NCBI GenBank assembly: GCA_023249615.1
Contig: JAHFCG010000002.1
Coordinates: forward strand, 1-59,384
Direction of reading: 5' to 3'
Source of the DNA: a candidate division FCPU426 bacterium
GTDB taxonomy: Bacteria > Oederibacteriota > Muellerivitia > Muellerivitales > Muellerivitaceae
DNA length: 59,384 nucleotides
Both the position numbers and the translations under genes were made by a program. Below the pieces are notes generated by a model that had not been told where the DNA came from, ran no database searches, and was given only the letters and a program-made list of their open reading frames with translations. Below are positions 18,076 through 30,801 of this stretch, in pieces (position 1 is the first letter of the stretch; each line of letters begins with the position of its first letter).

Positions 18076-21000
18076 GTGAAAAAAATGAAATTTGGCCGTC
18101 GCGAGCGCTTTGATTTCAGTCGTATTCCATCCATCATGGAAATGCCGGACCTGATCGAATTTCAACGAAAATCCTACGAGGCCTTTCTACAAAGAGATGT
18201 TCCTGTTGACCAAAAAATTGAACAGGGTCTTCAATCCGTTTTCACAAGCGTTTTTCCCATTTGGGATTTCAACGAAGTTTCCTCCCTTGAATTTGTTTCC
18301 TACAATTTGCTTGAGCCTAAATATAACGTCAGGGAATGTCAGGAACGGGGAATGACCTACTCCGTGCCGATGAAAGTCACGTTGCGCCTTGTTATTCGAG
18401 AGGAGGATCCGGAAACCGGCACAAAAAAGGTCAAGGATATCCGCGAGCAGGAAGTCTTTTTCTGCGATCTTCCCATGATGACCGAACGCGGCACCTTCAT
18501 GATCAATGGAGCGGAGCGAGTTATCGTTTCCCAATTGCACCGCTCGCCCGGCGTGACCTTTGATGAGGATGACGGCAAACTCTCGTCATCAGGCAAAAAA
18601 ATGTACATGACGAGTGTGATCCCGTATCACGGATCTTGGCTGGAATTCGAGTTTGATGTTAACGGCATTCTTTACGCCCGAATCGACCGAAAGAGAAAAT
18701 TTGTCGCTACCACCCTTCTGCGCGGTTGGGGATTCTCCTCCGATGAGGACATTCTAAAAATATTTTTTGATATCGAAAACCTCGAGGTTTCCGAAAAGAA
18801 ACTCCAGAGCAAAGCGGCGGCCCAGGATGTCGCCAATCCCGAAACGGGGGAAGTCATTGTTGAAGCCGGGGCAGATTTCACTCCGGAAGTTGTAGCCGCC
18901 CTGAAGAAGCTTGGCGTCAAGCAAGTTAAGGCCGCTCCCTCCAATCCCAATGATGTTTCAATTTTAAATACTCTCCGCAAGGACAATACGCATTCACAGG
19001 AAACAGCATTGGTGGAAATTTACAAAAAAATGCGCCCTGGCGACCCCCCGACCCTCGAAAACGCGAAAAGTTTGATGGAGAATTTATTCTTCAATAAAAA
19101 GCGTTATGACCTGGCCCGAGTTGGCAGATACAAAATGAACAAAAAACTGGGCTTGAAAACGGGTGCTGACCAGAGAACCATTTCCAAGGAAGACCTGGTT
19201 TGCATTATTCGATACCTTTTTGATTTGTGTAATGGGAAAGGCGAGAAGGATGACATCGATCACCTGGGAAATCGCCGGGTCCGCACAGCCGGTGAACTTC
19301 TGGAAAACAAGTTACGTTTAGGATTTACGAGGATGGAAAGGGCTGTTCGCGAACGTATGTCGATTGTGGACATGGACATGAATCCCATGCCAAGCCAGCT
19401 TATTTCGACTAAACCGATAACCGCCGCTGTTAAGGAATTTTTTGGGACTTCCCAGCTTTCGCAGTTCATGGATCAAACAAATCCCTTGGCCGAGTTAACC
19501 CATAAACGCCGTTTGTCAGCCCTAGGGCCCGGCGGGTTGAACCGGGAGAGAGCCGGCTTTGAAGTTAGGGACGTTCATCATACCCACTATGGAAGGGTTT
19601 GCCCTATTGAGACGCCGGAAGGTCCCAACATAGGGTTGATTGCGTCACTTTCCACCTACGCCCAAATTAACGAATACGGTTTCGTAACCACGCCCCTTCG
19701 AAAAGTCGATGGGGGAAAAGCCTCCAAGAAAATTGAATTTTTGCCAGCGGATGACGCCGATAAATACATCATTGCCCAGGCAAATTCACCCCTGGATGAT
19801 TCCCAAAAGTTCACGGGTGATATTGTCGCGGCCCGTTCCAAGGACGATTTTCCGCTCGTGGCCCCGAATGACGTCCACTATATGGATGTTTCCCCGCGCC
19901 AATTGTTTTCCGTCGCGACGTCCTTGATTCCCTTTCTTGAACACGATGACGCCAACCGCGCCTTGATGGGATCCAACATGCAACGGCAGGCCGTTCCCTT
20001 GATTCGCACCGAAGCTCCGGTTGTGGGTACCGGCATGGAATACAAAGCCGCTTATGATTCCGGTGTTTTGGTCATTGCAAAACGGGACGGGATCATTGCC
20101 GGTGTTTCCTCCGACGAAATTATCATGTTTGCCGATGAAATGGATGAGAATGGGTCGGTGGATATTTACAAACTCACCAAGTACAAACGCTCAAACCAAG
20201 ATACCTGCATTAACCAGAGACCGATTGTGAAAAAAGGAGAAAAGGTAAAAAAGGGCGATGTGATCGCGGATGGCCCCTCCACGGACCAAGGGGAATTGGC
20301 ATTGGGAAGAAACCTTCTTGTGGCCTTTATGCCATGGAGAGGTTTTAACTTCGAAGACGCGATTATTGTTTCTGAAAAACTTGCCCGTCAGGATTATTTC
20401 ACTTCTGTTCATATTGAAGAATTTGAACTGGAGGCAAGGGATACGAAGCTCGGCAAGGAAGAAATTACACGGGATATTCCAAATGTCGGGGATGAAGCCC
20501 TCAAGGACCTGGATGAGGAAGGGATAATTCGAATTGGGGCCGAGGTTGTTCCGGGGGACATTTTGGTCGGCAAGGTCACGCCAAAGGGTGAAACCGAACT
20601 TACACCCGAGGAAAAATTGCTGCGGGCCATTTTTGGTGAAAAAGCGGGAGATGTCCGGGATGCCTCCCTTCGCGTGCCTCCTGGCGTCGAAGGAAAAGTC
20701 ATCGACGTGAAGGTGTTCAAAAGAAAAGAAAAAGACGAAAAAATCAAGGGCCGAGACGCCTCGATGGTTAAAACGATCGAGAAGGACGCCGCCCACAAAA
20801 TTAAACAACTCGAAAAAGAAAACGAAAACCGCATTGAGGCCCTCAAGGCTCAAACCGACGAGAAGTCAAAGGATTTGAACAAATCCGAAAAGAATGCGCT
20901 TGAGGAAAAATTCGAGGAAGAGGTAAGCCGTCTGAAGGAAGTCCTTCAAAACCGCATCAAGGACATTGAGAGGGACAAAAACAATGAAATTGATAAGGTG

Positions 21001-21765
21001 AAAAAAGGCGATGAGCTTCCTCCGGGCGTCATTAAGCTCGTCAAGGTTTATGTGGCCAAAAAAAGAAAGCTATCCGTCGGCGATAAAATGGCGGGCCGCC
21101 ATGGTAACAAGGGTGTTGTTTCCAAAATTGTCCCGGTTGAGGACATGCCCCACCTTCCCAACGGCCGGGCCGTCGACATTATTCTCAACCCGCTTGGTGT
21201 TCCTTCGCGAATGAACGTGGGTCAAATTTTAGAGACCCACTTGGGTTGGGCCGCCATGGAAGGCGGCTATCACGTGGCCTCCGCCGTATTTGATGGTGCC
21301 AAGGAAGAGGAGATCAAAAGCGCCTTGAAAGAACAAGGCCTTCCCGAAACCGGAAAGGTGACCTTGTACGACGGCATGACGGGTGAGGCTTTTGATCAGG
21401 AAGTTACCGTTGGAGTCATTTATATTTTGAAACTAGCCCACCTGGTCGATGACAAAATTCACGCACGGTCTATCGGCCCTTATTCCCTGATTACCCAGCA
21501 ACCGCTGGGTGGTAAGGCTCAATTTGGCGGACAGCGTTTCGGGGAAATGGAAGTTTGGGCACTCGAGGCTTACGGCGCGGCTTACACCCTACAAGAACTT
21601 TTGACGGTGAAATCCGATGACGTCCAAGGCCGCACCAAGGTTTATGAAGCCATCGTTAAGGGGAAAAATTCCCCCGAGCCGGGAATCCCCGAGTCGTTCA
21701 ATGTTTTGGTGAAGGAGCTGCAGGGTTTATGTTTAGACGTCAAATTAATCAAGAATCCAAATTAA
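18076..21765 (+). CDS. rpoB: DNA-directed RNA polymerase subunit beta
   Basis: Canonical beta motifs throughout (e.g. [63 protein letters not shown]). Start is inferred as GTG 18076 (GGAGGA at 18064-18069). ATG 18085 is the alternative. The track start 17956 overlaps the promoter. Confidence 0.97.
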   Translation: MKKMKFGRRERFDFSRIPSIMEMPDLIEFQRKSYEAFLQRDVPVDQKIEQGLQSVFTSVFPIWDFNEVSSLEFVSYNLLEPKYNVRECQERGMTYSVPMKVTLRLVIREEDPETGTKKVKDIREQEVFFCDLPMMTERGTFMINGAERVIVSQLHRSPGVTFDEDDGKLSSSGKKMYMTSVIPYHGSWLEFEFDVNGILYARIDRKRKFVATTLLRGWGFSSDEDILKIFFDIENLEVSEKKLQSKAAAQDVANPETGEVIVEAGADFTPEVVAALKKLGVKQVKAAPSNPNDVSILNTLRKDNTHSQETALVEIYKKMRPGDPPTLENAKSLMENLFFNKKRYDLARVGRYKMNKKLGLKTGADQRTISKEDLVCIIRYLFDLCNGKGEKDDIDHLGNRRVRTAGELLENKLRLGFTRMERAVRERMSIVDMDMNPMPSQLISTKPITAAVKEFFGTSQLSQFMDQTNPLAELTHKRRLSALGPGGLNRERAGFEVRDVHHTHYGRVCPIETPEGPNIGLIASLSTYAQINEYGFVTTPLRKVDGGKASKKIEFLPADDADKYIIAQANSPLDDSQKFTGDIVAARSKDDFPLVAPNDVHYMDVSPRQLFSVATSLIPFLEHDDANRALMGSNMQRQAVPLIRTEAPVVGTGMEYKAAYDSGVLVIAKRDGIIAGVSSDEIIMFADEMDENGSVDIYKLTKYKRSNQDTCINQRPIVKKGEKVKKGDVIADGPSTDQGELALGRNLLVAFMPWRGFNFEDAIIVSEKLARQDYFTSVHIEEFELEARDTKLGKEEITRDIPNVGDEALKDLDEEGIIRIGAEVVPGDILVGKVTPKGETELTPEEKLLRAIFGEKAGDVRDASLRVPPGVEGKVIDVKVFKRKEKDEKIKGRDASMVKTIEKDAAHKIKQLEKENENRIEALKAQTDEKSKDLNKSEKNALEEKFEEEVSRLKEVLQNRIKDIERDKNNEIDKVKKGDELPPGVIKLVKVYVAKKRKLSVGDKMAGRHGNKGVVSKIVPVEDMPHLPNGRAVDIILNPLGVPSRMNVGQILETHLGWAAMEGGYHVASAVFDGAKEEEIKSALKEQGLPETGKVTLYDGMTGEAFDQEVTVGVIYILKLAHLVDDKIHARSIGPYSLITQQPLGGKAQFGGQRFGEMEVWALEAYGAAYTLQELLTVKSDDVQGRTKVYEAIVKGKNSPEPGIPESFNVLVKELQGLCLDVKLIKNPN

Positions 21766-21778
21766 GGAGGGGGAAAAA

Positions 21779-24700
21779 TTGAGTCAAGTTAAATCAACCG
21801 CCCCTGAAAGCAACAACGAAGTCGTGAAAACCGCGTCCCCTGAAATTGTGGTCACGGCCGATAAAAAACCTTTTTTGGAAAACCTACTTCGTGAAACACC
21901 CCGCTTCGACGCCATCAAAATCGGGTTGTCTTCCCCTGAAACCATCCGTTCCTGGTCCCACGGCGAGGTCAAAAAACCGGAAACAATTAATTACCGAACA
22001 TTCAAACCGGAAAAAAACGGACTTTTCTGCGAAAAAATATTCGGGCCCACGAAGGATTGGGAATGCGCCTGTGGAAAATACAAGCGGATTAAATACAAGG
22101 ATGTTATTTGCGACCGTTGCGGTGTTGAAGTCACCCAAGCTAAGGTCCGCCGTGAGCGGATGGGTCATATTGAGTTGGCCTGCCTGGTTTCGCATATCTG
22201 GTACCTGAAGGGTGTTCCTTCCCGGATGGGCTATTTGTTGGAAATGTCGACTCGAAACCTGGAACGGGTGATTTACTATGAATCCTATGTAACCGTTGAT
22301 CCCGGAAAAGCCCCCGTGGAAGTGGGTCAACTTCTATCCGAGGATGAATACCAAAAACTCCGGCTGGAATATGGAGCTTCTTTAAAGGCCAAAATGGGCG
22401 CCGAAGCAATTCGGGATTTGATCCGTTTGGTCGATTTGGCGGATCTTGATAAAAAACTTCGGGTCCAGATGAAACAGACCACGAGTGAGCAAAAACGAAA
22501 GACCATCATCAAGCGACTAAAAGTTATTGAAAGTTTCCGCAAATCCGACAATAAGCCGGAATGGATGTTCTTGGAAGTTTTGCCGGTTATTCCGCCTGAA
22601 TTAAGGCCTTTGGTCCCGTTGGACGGCGGTCGTTTCGCAACCTCCGATTTAAATGATCTATACCGCCGTGTGATTAACCGCAACAACCGTTTGAAAAAAC
22701 TTTTAGAATTACACGCGCCGGAAGTTATCGTGAGAAACGAAAAGCGCATGTTGCAGGAGGCGGTTGACGCCCTCCTGGACAACGGCCGTCGTGGACACGC
22801 GGTTCGGGGCCCGGGCAATCGCCCCTTAAAATCCCTCTCGGATATGTTGAAGGGAAAACAAGGCCGTTTCCGGCAGAACCTGCTGGGAAAACGTGTTGAT
22901 TATTCCGGCCGTTCGGTCATTGTCGTGGGGCCAGAACTAAAAATGCATCAATGCGGGCTTCCCAAAAAAATGGCGTTGGAACTTTTCAAGCCCTTTATTA
23001 TTAAAAAACTGGAAGACCGCGGGTATGTCCATACTATTAAAAGCGCGAGAAAAATGGTTGAGCGGGTTAAGCCCGAGGTCTGGGATATTTTGGCGGAAGT
23101 TATCCGGGATCACCATGTCCTTTTAAACCGCGCCCCAACCTTGCACCGACAGGGAATTCAGGCCTTCCAACCAGTTCTCATTGAGGGAAGAGCCATTCAA
23201 ATCCATCCCCTGGTTTGTACGGCCTTTAACGCCGACTTTGACGGCGATCAAATGGCTGTCCATGTCCCGTTGTCGAGTGAAGCCCAGATGGAATCCAGGT
23301 TTTTAATGTTGTCGACAAATAATATCAATTCCACCTCAAACGGAAGACCCATAGTTACCCCGACGCAGGATATCGTTCTGGGTTCCTATTACATCACCAA
23401 GGAAATGCCCGGGGACAAGGGGGAGGGCAAGGTTTTCTCAAGCGCCCAGGAAGTGGTTATCGCATTTGAATCCCGCCAGGTTGGAAAACACGCGAAAATT
23501 AAGGTTCGTCGCAACGGAAAATTGGTTGAGACGACCGTTGGGCGGGTTTTATTCAATCAGGTCATTCCGGAAGGCCTTGGTTATGTCAACCGTGTGATGA
23601 CCAAAAAAGAATTGGGTGATCTCATTGCCCTTTGTTATGAAAAATTGGGCCAGGAGCAAACGGTAAAGCTTTTGGACGACGTCAAGGAATTGGGCTTTAA
23701 ATTCGCCACAATGGCGGGAATTACCGTTTCCATCGACGACATGCTTATCCCCAAGGACAAGGTTGATATTTTGAAGCGCTCCTACAAGGAAGTCGCTGAA
23801 ATTGAAAACCAGTACAAAAAGGGAATCATCACCGCCGGAGAGCGTTACAACAAGGTAATCGACATCTGGACGCATACCACGGATGAAATCGCGGAAGTCA
23901 TGTTTGAAAATCTGAAGCATGACCACCATGGATTTAATCCCATTTATATGATGGCGGATTCGGGAGCTCGCGGTTCCAAAATGCAAATAAGGCAGTTGGC
24001 GGGTATGCGCGGTTTGATGGCAAAACCCCTTCAAAAAATTACCGGATCGATCGGTGAAATTATCGAGTCGCCCATCACCGCGAACTTCCGCGAAGGCTTG
24101 ACGGTTTTGGAATATTTTATTTCCACCCATGGCGCCCGAAAAGGTCTGGCCGACACGGCTTTAAAAACGGCGGATGCCGGTTATCTTACAAGGCGTTTGG
24201 TTGACGTTGCCCAGGAAGTCATCATTAATGCCGAGGATTGCGGTACCGCAAACGGCATCCGGGTTGGAGCCATCAAAGAGGGGATAGAAATCATCGAGCC
24301 CCTGAAGGATCGTATTGTCGGCCGCATGGCGGTTGATAATGTGGCGAATCTTTTAACCTCTGAGGTCATTGTTAAATCAGGCCATGTTATTAATGAGGAA
24401 ACCGCGGACAAGCTGGAAGATGCCGGAATAGAACAAATCCGCGTCCGGTCCGTCCTCACTTGTGAATTGGAAAGAGGCGTTTGCGCGAAGTGCTACAGTT
24501 TAAACCTCGCGAATGGGAAAATGGTTCAAATCGGGGAAGCGGTCGGAATCATTGCCGCGCAATCCATCGGCGAGCCGGGAACCCAGTTAACCCTTCGAAC
24601 CTTCCACGTGGGCGGAACTGCGAGCCGCGCGTTGGAACAGTCGAAAATAGAGTCGCACAAGAATGGAAAGGTTCGCTTCCATAATTTAAAAGTGGTTGAA

Positions 24701-26008
24701 AACCGCAACAAGGAATTGATCGTCTTGAACCGAAACGGCGAGATTTCCGTGTATGACGGAAAAGGGAAAGCCATGGAAAACCATGTTGTGCCTTTCGGTT
24801 CCACTTTGAAAGTGCACGAAGACGACACTGTTAAAGACGGGCAGTTGTTGGCGCACTGGGATCTTTACAAGGTTCCTATTTTCACGGAGGTCAGCGGTGT
24901 CGTGAAATTACAGGACCTTATCCGTGGAGTTACCTTCAAGGAAGAAATTGATTCTTCGACAGGTCTAAAAGAACGAACTGTTATTGAATATAAAGATGAA
25001 AATCTTTCTCCACGCTGCGTCATCATGGATCCTAAAACCGGCGAAGCTGTTAAGAGCTACCGCGTTCCGACAGGCTCATTGATCAACGTCGCTGACGGAG
25101 ACAAGATCATCGCGGGGGATATTCTTGCAAAAATTCCGCGTGAGGTATCAAAAACCCGGGACATTACCGGTGGCTTGCCCCGCGTCGCCGAATTGTTCGA
25201 GGCTCGTCGCCCCAAGGGAATGGCGGTTATCGCTAAAATCAGCGGTACAGTAGCATTCGGGGTGGCCTCAAAAGGTTACCAAAAGGTACTTATTGCCAAC
25301 ACGGAAGGTAAAAAAACAATCGAGGAAGAATACGCGATCCCCTACGGAAAACATCTTAATGTCCACGAGGGAGACTTTGTGAGGGCTGGTGATGCCCTGA
25401 CCGACGGTCCGGTTGATCCTCATGACATTCTGGAAGTCCAGGGTGACGCGGCGGTTCAGGAATATCTCCTTAGCAAGGTTCAGGAAGTCTACCGTCTCCA
25501 GGGTGTCAAAATTAACGACAAGCATATTGAGGTCATTATTCGTCAAATGATGAGGAAAATCGTGGTTCGTGACCCCGGGGATACGGAATTCCTTCCCAAC
25601 CAACAGGTCGATAAAGGGAAATTTAAAAAAGAAAATGAGCGGGTTCAGGAAAAGGATGGGAAACCAGCCAATGCAAGACCGGTTCTATTGGGCATCACCA
25701 AGGCTTCCTTGGGAACTGAAAGTTTCATTTCCGCGGCCAGCTTCCAGGAAACAACAAAGGTCCTTACCGAAGCGGCTGTTTCGGGAAAAATTGATGAATT
25801 GCGCGGCTTGAAAGAAAACGTAATTATGGGTCATTTGATCCCCGCGGGTACCGGAAGTTCCTTCTATCGGGGTGTTAAGATCAAGGTGGATGAACCAGAA
25901 GAAGAGCTTCCAGAAGGTATTGCGGCCCCCCCATCGGTTGACTCAGAAGACCTGGATTTAAAGGCGGAAGAGGGGATTTCAGCCAAAAAAAGCCTTGACC
26001 AGGCCTAG
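21779..26008 (+). CDS. rpoC: DNA-directed RNA polymerase subunit beta'
   Basis: Zinc-binding CACGKYK...CDRCGVEV, catalytic [12 protein letters not shown], trigger-loop and bridge-helix regions. TTG start at 21779 with AAGGAGG at 21764-21770. Confidence 0.98.
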   Translation: MSQVKSTAPESNNEVVKTASPEIVVTADKKPFLENLLRETPRFDAIKIGLSSPETIRSWSHGEVKKPETINYRTFKPEKNGLFCEKIFGPTKDWECACGKYKRIKYKDVICDRCGVEVTQAKVRRERMGHIELACLVSHIWYLKGVPSRMGYLLEMSTRNLERVIYYESYVTVDPGKAPVEVGQLLSEDEYQKLRLEYGASLKAKMGAEAIRDLIRLVDLADLDKKLRVQMKQTTSEQKRKTIIKRLKVIESFRKSDNKPEWMFLEVLPVIPPELRPLVPLDGGRFATSDLNDLYRRVINRNNRLKKLLELHAPEVIVRNEKRMLQEAVDALLDNGRRGHAVRGPGNRPLKSLSDMLKGKQGRFRQNLLGKRVDYSGRSVIVVGPELKMHQCGLPKKMALELFKPFIIKKLEDRGYVHTIKSARKMVERVKPEVWDILAEVIRDHHVLLNRAPTLHRQGIQAFQPVLIEGRAIQIHPLVCTAFNADFDGDQMAVHVPLSSEAQMESRFLMLSTNNINSTSNGRPIVTPTQDIVLGSYYITKEMPGDKGEGKVFSSAQEVVIAFESRQVGKHAKIKVRRNGKLVETTVGRVLFNQVIPEGLGYVNRVMTKKELGDLIALCYEKLGQEQTVKLLDDVKELGFKFATMAGITVSIDDMLIPKDKVDILKRSYKEVAEIENQYKKGIITAGERYNKVIDIWTHTTDEIAEVMFENLKHDHHGFNPIYMMADSGARGSKMQIRQLAGMRGLMAKPLQKITGSIGEIIESPITANFREGLTVLEYFISTHGARKGLADTALKTADAGYLTRRLVDVAQEVIINAEDCGTANGIRVGAIKEGIEIIEPLKDRIVGRMAVDNVANLLTSEVIVKSGHVINEETADKLEDAGIEQIRVRSVLTCELERGVCAKCYSLNLANGKMVQIGEAVGIIAAQSIGEPGTQLTLRTFHVGGTASRALEQSKIESHKNGKVRFHNLKVVENRNKELIVLNRNGEISVYDGKGKAMENHVVPFGSTLKVHEDDTVKDGQLLAHWDLYKVPIFTEVSGVVKLQDLIRGVTFKEEIDSSTGLKERTVIEYKDENLSPRCVIMDPKTGEAVKSYRVPTGSLINVADGDKIIAGDILAKIPREVSKTRDITGGLPRVAELFEARRPKGMAVIAKISGTVAFGVASKGYQKVLIANTEGKKTIEEEYAIPYGKHLNVHEGDFVRAGDALTDGPVDPHDILEVQGDAAVQEYLLSKVQEVYRLQGVKINDKHIEVIIRQMMRKIVVRDPGDTEFLPNQQVDKGKFKKENERVQEKDGKPANARPVLLGITKASLGTESFISAASFQETTKVLTEAAVSGKIDELRGLKENVIMGHLIPAGTGSSFYRGVKIKVDEPEEELPEGIAAPPSVDSEDLDLKAEEGISAKKSLDQA

Positions 26009-26192
26009 GGGGTTTGGTAGCCTACCCCTCCGCGTTTGAGCCGGTTTGATGGTAAAAGCGTTTAAAAATCCTCCTTTTTGGGGGGAAAACCCATGAGGGT
26101 TTCCTTTCAAAATGGTGAGCAACAGGAGGGATTTGCGTGATGATTCCCCCTTGGACCTAACCGGTCTGGGGTTTGGTACGGAATACTCATTT

Positions 26193-26231
26193 GGCAAAGG
26201 CGGAGCTCACTGTCTTTGCCTTTTTTATTTT
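26193..26231 (+). terminator. terminator-like hairpin in the rpoC-rpsL spacer
   Basis: GGCAAAG (26193-26199) / CTTTGCC (26214-26220), 14-nt loop, then TTTTTTATTTT. It lies 185 nt after the rpoC stop and ends about 25 nt before the rpsL start. Confidence 0.5.
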
Positions 26232-26255
26232 ACGCGAGTTTCATTGGAGGAAAAT

Positions 26256-26654
26256 TTGCCGACGTTGAATCAATTGGTCCGATTGGGCCGCGATAAAAGC
26301 AAACGTAAAACAAAGTCACCGGCGCTAAAGGCCTGTCCGCAAAAGCGAGGCGTGTGCGTGAAGGTGGCGACGATGACCCCCAAAAAGCCGAACTCGGCTC
26401 TTCGTAAAATCGCACGTGTTCGCCTGACCAATGGCATGGAAGTGACCTGCTACATCCCGGGGGTTGGACATAACCTTCAGGAGCACTCCATTGTTTTGAT
26501 TCGCGGAGGCCGCGTGAAGGATCTTCCGGGAGTGCGTTACCACATTATCCGTGGCGCTTTGGACGCCGCTGGTGTTGCTGATCGTAAACAAGGACGTTCC
26601 AAGTATGGAATGAAGCGGCCTAAAAAAGAAGTGGCCGCGAAAGCTAAGGAGTAA
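26256..26654 (+). CDS. rpsL: 30S ribosomal protein S12
   Basis: (M)[11 protein letters not shown]...[13 protein letters not shown]...[11 protein letters not shown]...[11 protein letters not shown] 26256 matches the conserved N-terminus, with GGAGG at 26246-26250. Confidence 0.95.
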   Translation: MPTLNQLVRLGRDKSKRKTKSPALKACPQKRGVCVKVATMTPKKPNSALRKIARVRLTNGMEVTCYIPGVGHNLQEHSIVLIRGGRVKDLPGVRYHIIRGALDAAGVADRKQGRSKYGMKRPKKEVAAKAKE

Positions 26655-26657
26655 GGC

Positions 26658-27128
26658 ATGCCCCGTCGTAAAGTCGCCGCGAAAAGAGAAATCCTTTCTG
26701 ATTCGCGTTATAACAATAAACTTGTCGCGAAATTCATTAATTGCATGATGTATGACGGACAAAAAATGGTCGCAACCCGGAGTTTCTACGATGCGCTTGA
26801 TGTTTTGGGTGAGAAGCACGGCGAAGGCGCTTTAAATGTGTTTAAAACCGCGATCGATAATGTGAAACCCGTTTTGGAAGTGAAATCACGCCGTGTCGGC
26901 GGCGCCACCTACCAAGTGCCGGTTGAGGTTCGACCCGAGCGTCGTGTTTCTCTTGCCATTCGCTGGATTCTCAAGGCGACAAGAGCCAGAAAAGAAAAAA
27001 CCGTGGCTGAAAAATTAGCCGCCGAATTAACTGACGCTTTTAAAAACCAGGGAACGGCAATCAAGAAAAAAGAAGACACCCACAAGATGGCGGAAGCTAA
27101 CCAAGCTTTTGCCCACTACCGCTGGTAA
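26658..27128 (+). CDS. rpsG: 30S ribosomal protein S7
   Basis: [28 protein letters not shown]... and the C-terminus ...[13 protein letters not shown]. Confidence 0.97.
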   Translation: MPRRKVAAKREILSDSRYNNKLVAKFINCMMYDGQKMVATRSFYDALDVLGEKHGEGALNVFKTAIDNVKPVLEVKSRRVGGATYQVPVEVRPERRVSLAIRWILKATRARKEKTVAEKLAAELTDAFKNQGTAIKKKEDTHKMAEANQAFAHYRW

Positions 27129-27141
27129 TCGAGGATTTAAA

Positions 27142-29223
27142 TTGGCAACACGACAAATTCCCTTATCTCGAACCAGGAATATCGGCATCATGGCCCACAT
27201 TGATGCGGGAAAGACCACGCTTACCGAACGCATCCTTTTTTATACCGGCCGGACGCATAAAATCGGGGAAGTGCATGATGGGGCCGCGACCATGGATTGG
27301 ATGCCTCAAGAACAAGAACGCGGAATCACCATCACTTCGGCCGCCACGACCTGCTTCTGGAAGGACCACCGAATTAATATTATTGATACACCCGGACATG
27401 TGGATTTTACGATAGAGGTTGAGCGTTCCCTTCGGGTTTTGGATGGAGCGATCGGTGTTTTCGGGGCTGTTGAGGGCGTGGAACCCCAATCGGAAACGGT
27501 TTGGCGGCAAGCGACAAATTATGGTGTTCCCCGTATTGCCTTTGTAAATAAAATGGATCGCGTTGGATCTGATTTTTTTGCCGCCATTGATCAAATGCGA
27601 ACTCGCTTAAACGCTAACGCTCACGCTGTCGTGTTGCCTGTGGGGTTTGAGGAAAAGTTCGAGGGAATTATCCATTTGGTGGAGATGAAGCGTTATCGTT
27701 GGCTTGATGATTCGCTGGGAGCTAAGTTTGAAATAGAGGAAATTCCAGCCGACATGAAAGAAATGGCTGAAAAGTACCATAAGGAATTAGTGGAATCCGT
27801 CGCTGAATTTGACGACGTGGTTATGCAAAAATACCTGGATGGAAAAGAAATAACCGTTGAAGAGCTACACAGCTGTATTCGAAAAGGAACCCTTTCCAAT
27901 AAATTCAACCCTGTTTTTTGTGGATCCGCTTTTAAAAACAAGGGGATTCAACCCTTGTTGGATGCCGTTTTAGCCTATCTTCCTTCTCCTGTTGATATTC
28001 CTCCCGTGAAGGGCCATAACGCCGACACCAACGAAGAAGAAAGCCGCGAAGCTAAGGATGATGCTCCTTTCTCGGCCTTAGCCTTTAAAATTATGACGGA
28101 TCCCCATGTTGGAAAATTGGTTTATTTCCGGGTTTATTCGGGCACTCTTTCCATCGGCTCCTATGTTTATAACTCAACCAAAGGGAATCGGGAACGCATT
28201 GGCCGTCTTTTGCAGATGCACGCGAACAAACGAGAAGAAATCAAGGAAGTTCACGCCGGCGATATCGCCGCAACCGTTGGCATCAAGACCATTACCACCG
28301 GGGACACCTTGTGTCTGGAAGAAAAACCAATCATTCTTGAAAAGATGGTTTTCCCTGAACCGGTTATTTCGGTCGCTATTGAACCCAAGACGAAGGTTGA
28401 CCAGGAAAAAATGGGTATGGCCCTGGGAAAATTGGCTGAAGAAGATCCTTCCTTCCGGGTTAAGGGCGACGAAGAAACCGGCCAGACCATCATTTCAGGT
28501 ATGGGTGAATTGCACCTTGAAATTATCGTAGATCGAATGATGCGGGAATTTAATGTTCAGGCGAATGTGGGCAAGCCACAGGTTGCTTATCGTGAAACGA
28601 TTCGTAAAAGCGTTGAGGCGGAAGGGAAATATATCCGCCAGACCGGCGGCCGAGGCCAGTATGGCCATGTTTATATCACCATGGAGCCGCAGGCTCCGGG
28701 AAAAGGGATCGAATTTGTTGACGGTATTAAGGGCGGAACAGTTCCTCGTGAATACATTCCCGCGGTTGAAAAGGGAATTCTTGAAGCCAAGGATACCGGG
28801 GTTTTGGCCGGTTATCCCGTGGTTGATTTTAAAGTGACCCTAACTGATGGTTCCTATCATGATGTCGATTCGAATGAAATGGCCTTTAAGATCGCCGCCT
28901 CTATGGCTTTTAAAGATGCTATGCGAAGCGCGGAGCCGATTATCCTTGAGCCCGTGATGGATGTTGAAGTGGTTACCCCTGAGGATTTTATGGGTCCCGT
29001 AATGGGTGATTTGCAGTCCAAGCGTGGAAAAATTGAGGGAATGGAATTGCGGGGCGCAGCCCAGATTATTCGTTCAAAAGTTCCTCTTTCGGAAATGTTT
29101 GGCTACTCAACGAACCTAAGATCCATGACTCAGGGCCGGGCTAATTACACCATGCAGTTCGCTCATTATGAGGAAACACCCAAGTCGATTCAGCAGGAAA
29201 TTATCGCAAAAGTTAAAGGCTAA
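27142..29223 (+). CDS. fusA: elongation factor G
   Basis: (M)[46 protein letters not shown] 27142 with GAGG at 27131-27134 fits the conserved N-terminus. The track start 27109 is also TTG and overlaps rpsG. Confidence 0.96.
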   Translation: MATRQIPLSRTRNIGIMAHIDAGKTTLTERILFYTGRTHKIGEVHDGAATMDWMPQEQERGITITSAATTCFWKDHRINIIDTPGHVDFTIEVERSLRVLDGAIGVFGAVEGVEPQSETVWRQATNYGVPRIAFVNKMDRVGSDFFAAIDQMRTRLNANAHAVVLPVGFEEKFEGIIHLVEMKRYRWLDDSLGAKFEIEEIPADMKEMAEKYHKELVESVAEFDDVVMQKYLDGKEITVEELHSCIRKGTLSNKFNPVFCGSAFKNKGIQPLLDAVLAYLPSPVDIPPVKGHNADTNEEESREAKDDAPFSALAFKIMTDPHVGKLVYFRVYSGTLSIGSYVYNSTKGNRERIGRLLQMHANKREEIKEVHAGDIAATVGIKTITTGDTLCLEEKPIILEKMVFPEPVISVAIEPKTKVDQEKMGMALGKLAEEDPSFRVKGDEETGQTIISGMGELHLEIIVDRMMREFNVQANVGKPQVAYRETIRKSVEAEGKYIRQTGGRGQYGHVYITMEPQAPGKGIEFVDGIKGGTVPREYIPAVEKGILEAKDTGVLAGYPVVDFKVTLTDGSYHDVDSNEMAFKIAASMAFKDAMRSAEPIILEPVMDVEVVTPEDFMGPVMGDLQSKRGKIEGMELRGAAQIIRSKVPLSEMFGYSTNLRSMTQGRANYTMQFAHYEETPKSIQQEIIAKVKG

Positions 29224-29263
29224 AAATCATCGCTCTTAATCGAGCGTAAGAGGAGGCGTGTCG

Positions 29264-30454
29264 ATGGCAAAAGAGAAATTCGTGAGAAACAAGACCCACG
29301 TGAATATTGGAACGATCGGACACGTCGATCATGGAAAAACGACCTTGACGGCGGCCATCACGACCGTTTTGGCGAAGAAGGGCTTGGCGACGGCGAAGGG
29401 ATACGCGGATATCGATAACGCCCCTGAGGAGCGCGAGCGCGGTGTGACGATCAATACTTCCCACGTTGAATACGCGACGGACAAGCGTCATTACGCGCAC
29501 GTGGACTGCCCCGGCCACGCGGACTATATCAAGAACATGGTGACGGGAGCCGCCCAGATGGATGGAGCGATTTTGGTGGTCTCGGCCGCGGACGGCCCGA
29601 TGCCCCAGACCCGGGAACATATTCTTTTGGCCCGCCAGGTCGGGGTGCCTTATATCGTGGTTTTCCTGAACAAGTGCGACATGGTGGATGATAAGGAATT
29701 GCTGGAACTGGTTGAGGTTGAGGTCCGCGACCTCCTGACGAAATACGGATTCCCCGGGGACAAGACGCCGGTTGTGAAGGGTTCGGCGACGAAGGCTTTG
29801 GAAGGCGACTCAAGCGAAATCGGCGAATCGGCCATCCTGAAGCTGATGGAGGCGGTTGACTCCTATATTCCGGACCCGAAGAGGGATGTGGACAAGGACT
29901 TCCTGATGGCGGTCGAGGACGTGTTTTTGATCACCGGCCGGGGAACGGTTGCCACGGGCCGCGTGGAGCGCGGACGGGTAAAGGTGGGAGATACGGTTGA
30001 AATCGTCGGAATCAAGCCTACCCGTGAGACGGTAGTGACGGGTGTGGAAATGTTCCGTAAATTGCTGGATGACGCCCAGGCGGGAGACAACATTGGAGCC
30101 CTGTTGAGAGGCGTGGACAAGAAGGACATCGAACGCGGCCAGGTTTTGGCAAAACCCAAGAGCATCACGCCGCACAAGAAGTTCAAGGCGGAAGTGTACG
30201 TGTTGACGAAGGAGGAAGGGGGACGGCACACGCCGTTCTTCAACGGTTACAAGCCGCAGTTCTTCTTCCGCACGACGGACGTGACGGGGTCGGTGAATCT
30301 GCCGGCGGGAGTTGAGATGTGCATGCCGGGGGACAACATCACGATGGATATCGAGTTGATTGTGCCTGTGGCGATGGAAAAAGAGCTGAGGTTCGCGATT
30401 CGCGAGGGCGGCCACACGGTCGGCGCCGGAGTCGTTACACAGATAGTCGAATAA
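29264..30454 (+). CDS. tuf: elongation factor Tu
   Basis: [43 protein letters not shown] 29264 lies 7 nt after AGGAGG (29251-29256). Confidence 0.98.
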   Translation: MAKEKFVRNKTHVNIGTIGHVDHGKTTLTAAITTVLAKKGLATAKGYADIDNAPEERERGVTINTSHVEYATDKRHYAHVDCPGHADYIKNMVTGAAQMDGAILVVSAADGPMPQTREHILLARQVGVPYIVVFLNKCDMVDDKELLELVEVEVRDLLTKYGFPGDKTPVVKGSATKALEGDSSEIGESAILKLMEAVDSYIPDPKRDVDKDFLMAVEDVFLITGRGTVATGRVERGRVKVGDTVEIVGIKPTRETVVTGVEMFRKLLDDAQAGDNIGALLRGVDKKDIERGQVLAKPKSITPHKKFKAEVYVLTKEEGGRHTPFFNGYKPQFFFRTTDVTGSVNLPAGVEMCMPGDNITMDIELIVPVAMEKELRFAIREGGHTVGAGVVTQIVE

Positions 30455-30472
30455 AGAAAAGGCGAGGAAAGA

Positions 30473-30790
30473 ATGGCCACGGCCACGAGTCAAAAAATAA
30501 GAATTAAATTGAAGGCCTACGATCATCGGCTTTTGGATCGATCAACGGTTGAAATAATTGAAACGGTCAGAAGGACTGGGGCGGTGGTTTTGGGTCCCGT
30601 TCCACTTCCGACAGAAATTGTACGATATACCGTTTTGAGAAGTCCCCATGTTGATAAAAAATCTCGGGAACAATTTGAAATACGCACCCACAAACGTCTT
30701 GTGGATATTGTGAATCCGAACCAAAGAACGATTGATTCTCTAATGAAACTCGACCTTCCCGCTGGTGTGGATGTCGAGATCAAGCTGTAA
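30473..30790 (+). CDS. rpsJ: 30S ribosomal protein S10
   Basis: [15 protein letters not shown]...GPVPLPT...[20 protein letters not shown]. Confidence 0.97.
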   Translation: MATATSQKIRIKLKAYDHRLLDRSTVEIIETVRRTGAVVLGPVPLPTEIVRYTVLRSPHVDKKSREQFEIRTHKRLVDIVNPNQRTIDSLMKLDLPAGVDVEIKL

Positions 30791-30801
30791 GGGTGAATGA
30801 A

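Noticed and set aside
20191-20853. 220-aa and 145-aa antisense ORFs inside rpoB
   Set aside because: They lie opposite the Lys/Glu-rich region of rpoB, where GAA/AAG-rich sense codons give stop-poor antisense frames. No SD and no motifs. rpoB coding is unambiguous.
20690-21010. Lys/Glu-rich coiled-coil segment in RpoB as a possible novel inserted domain
   Set aside because: It occupies the same position as the known lineage-variable insertion between ...VIDV.VF and ...LPPGV.K.VKVY (E. coli beta-i9/SI2 region). It is of comparable length, so it is not unusual.
22327-24130. Antisense ORFs of 163 aa and 193 aa inside rpoC
   Set aside because: They are fully embedded opposite a universally conserved gene, with no SD and Arg/Ser-rich artefactual composition.
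29213-30526. Antisense ORFs of 135 aa and 238 aa, plus others, opposite tuf
   Set aside because: They are a consequence of the high GC3 of tuf, which leaves few stop codons on the reverse strand. The translations are Arg/His/Leu-rich nonsense.
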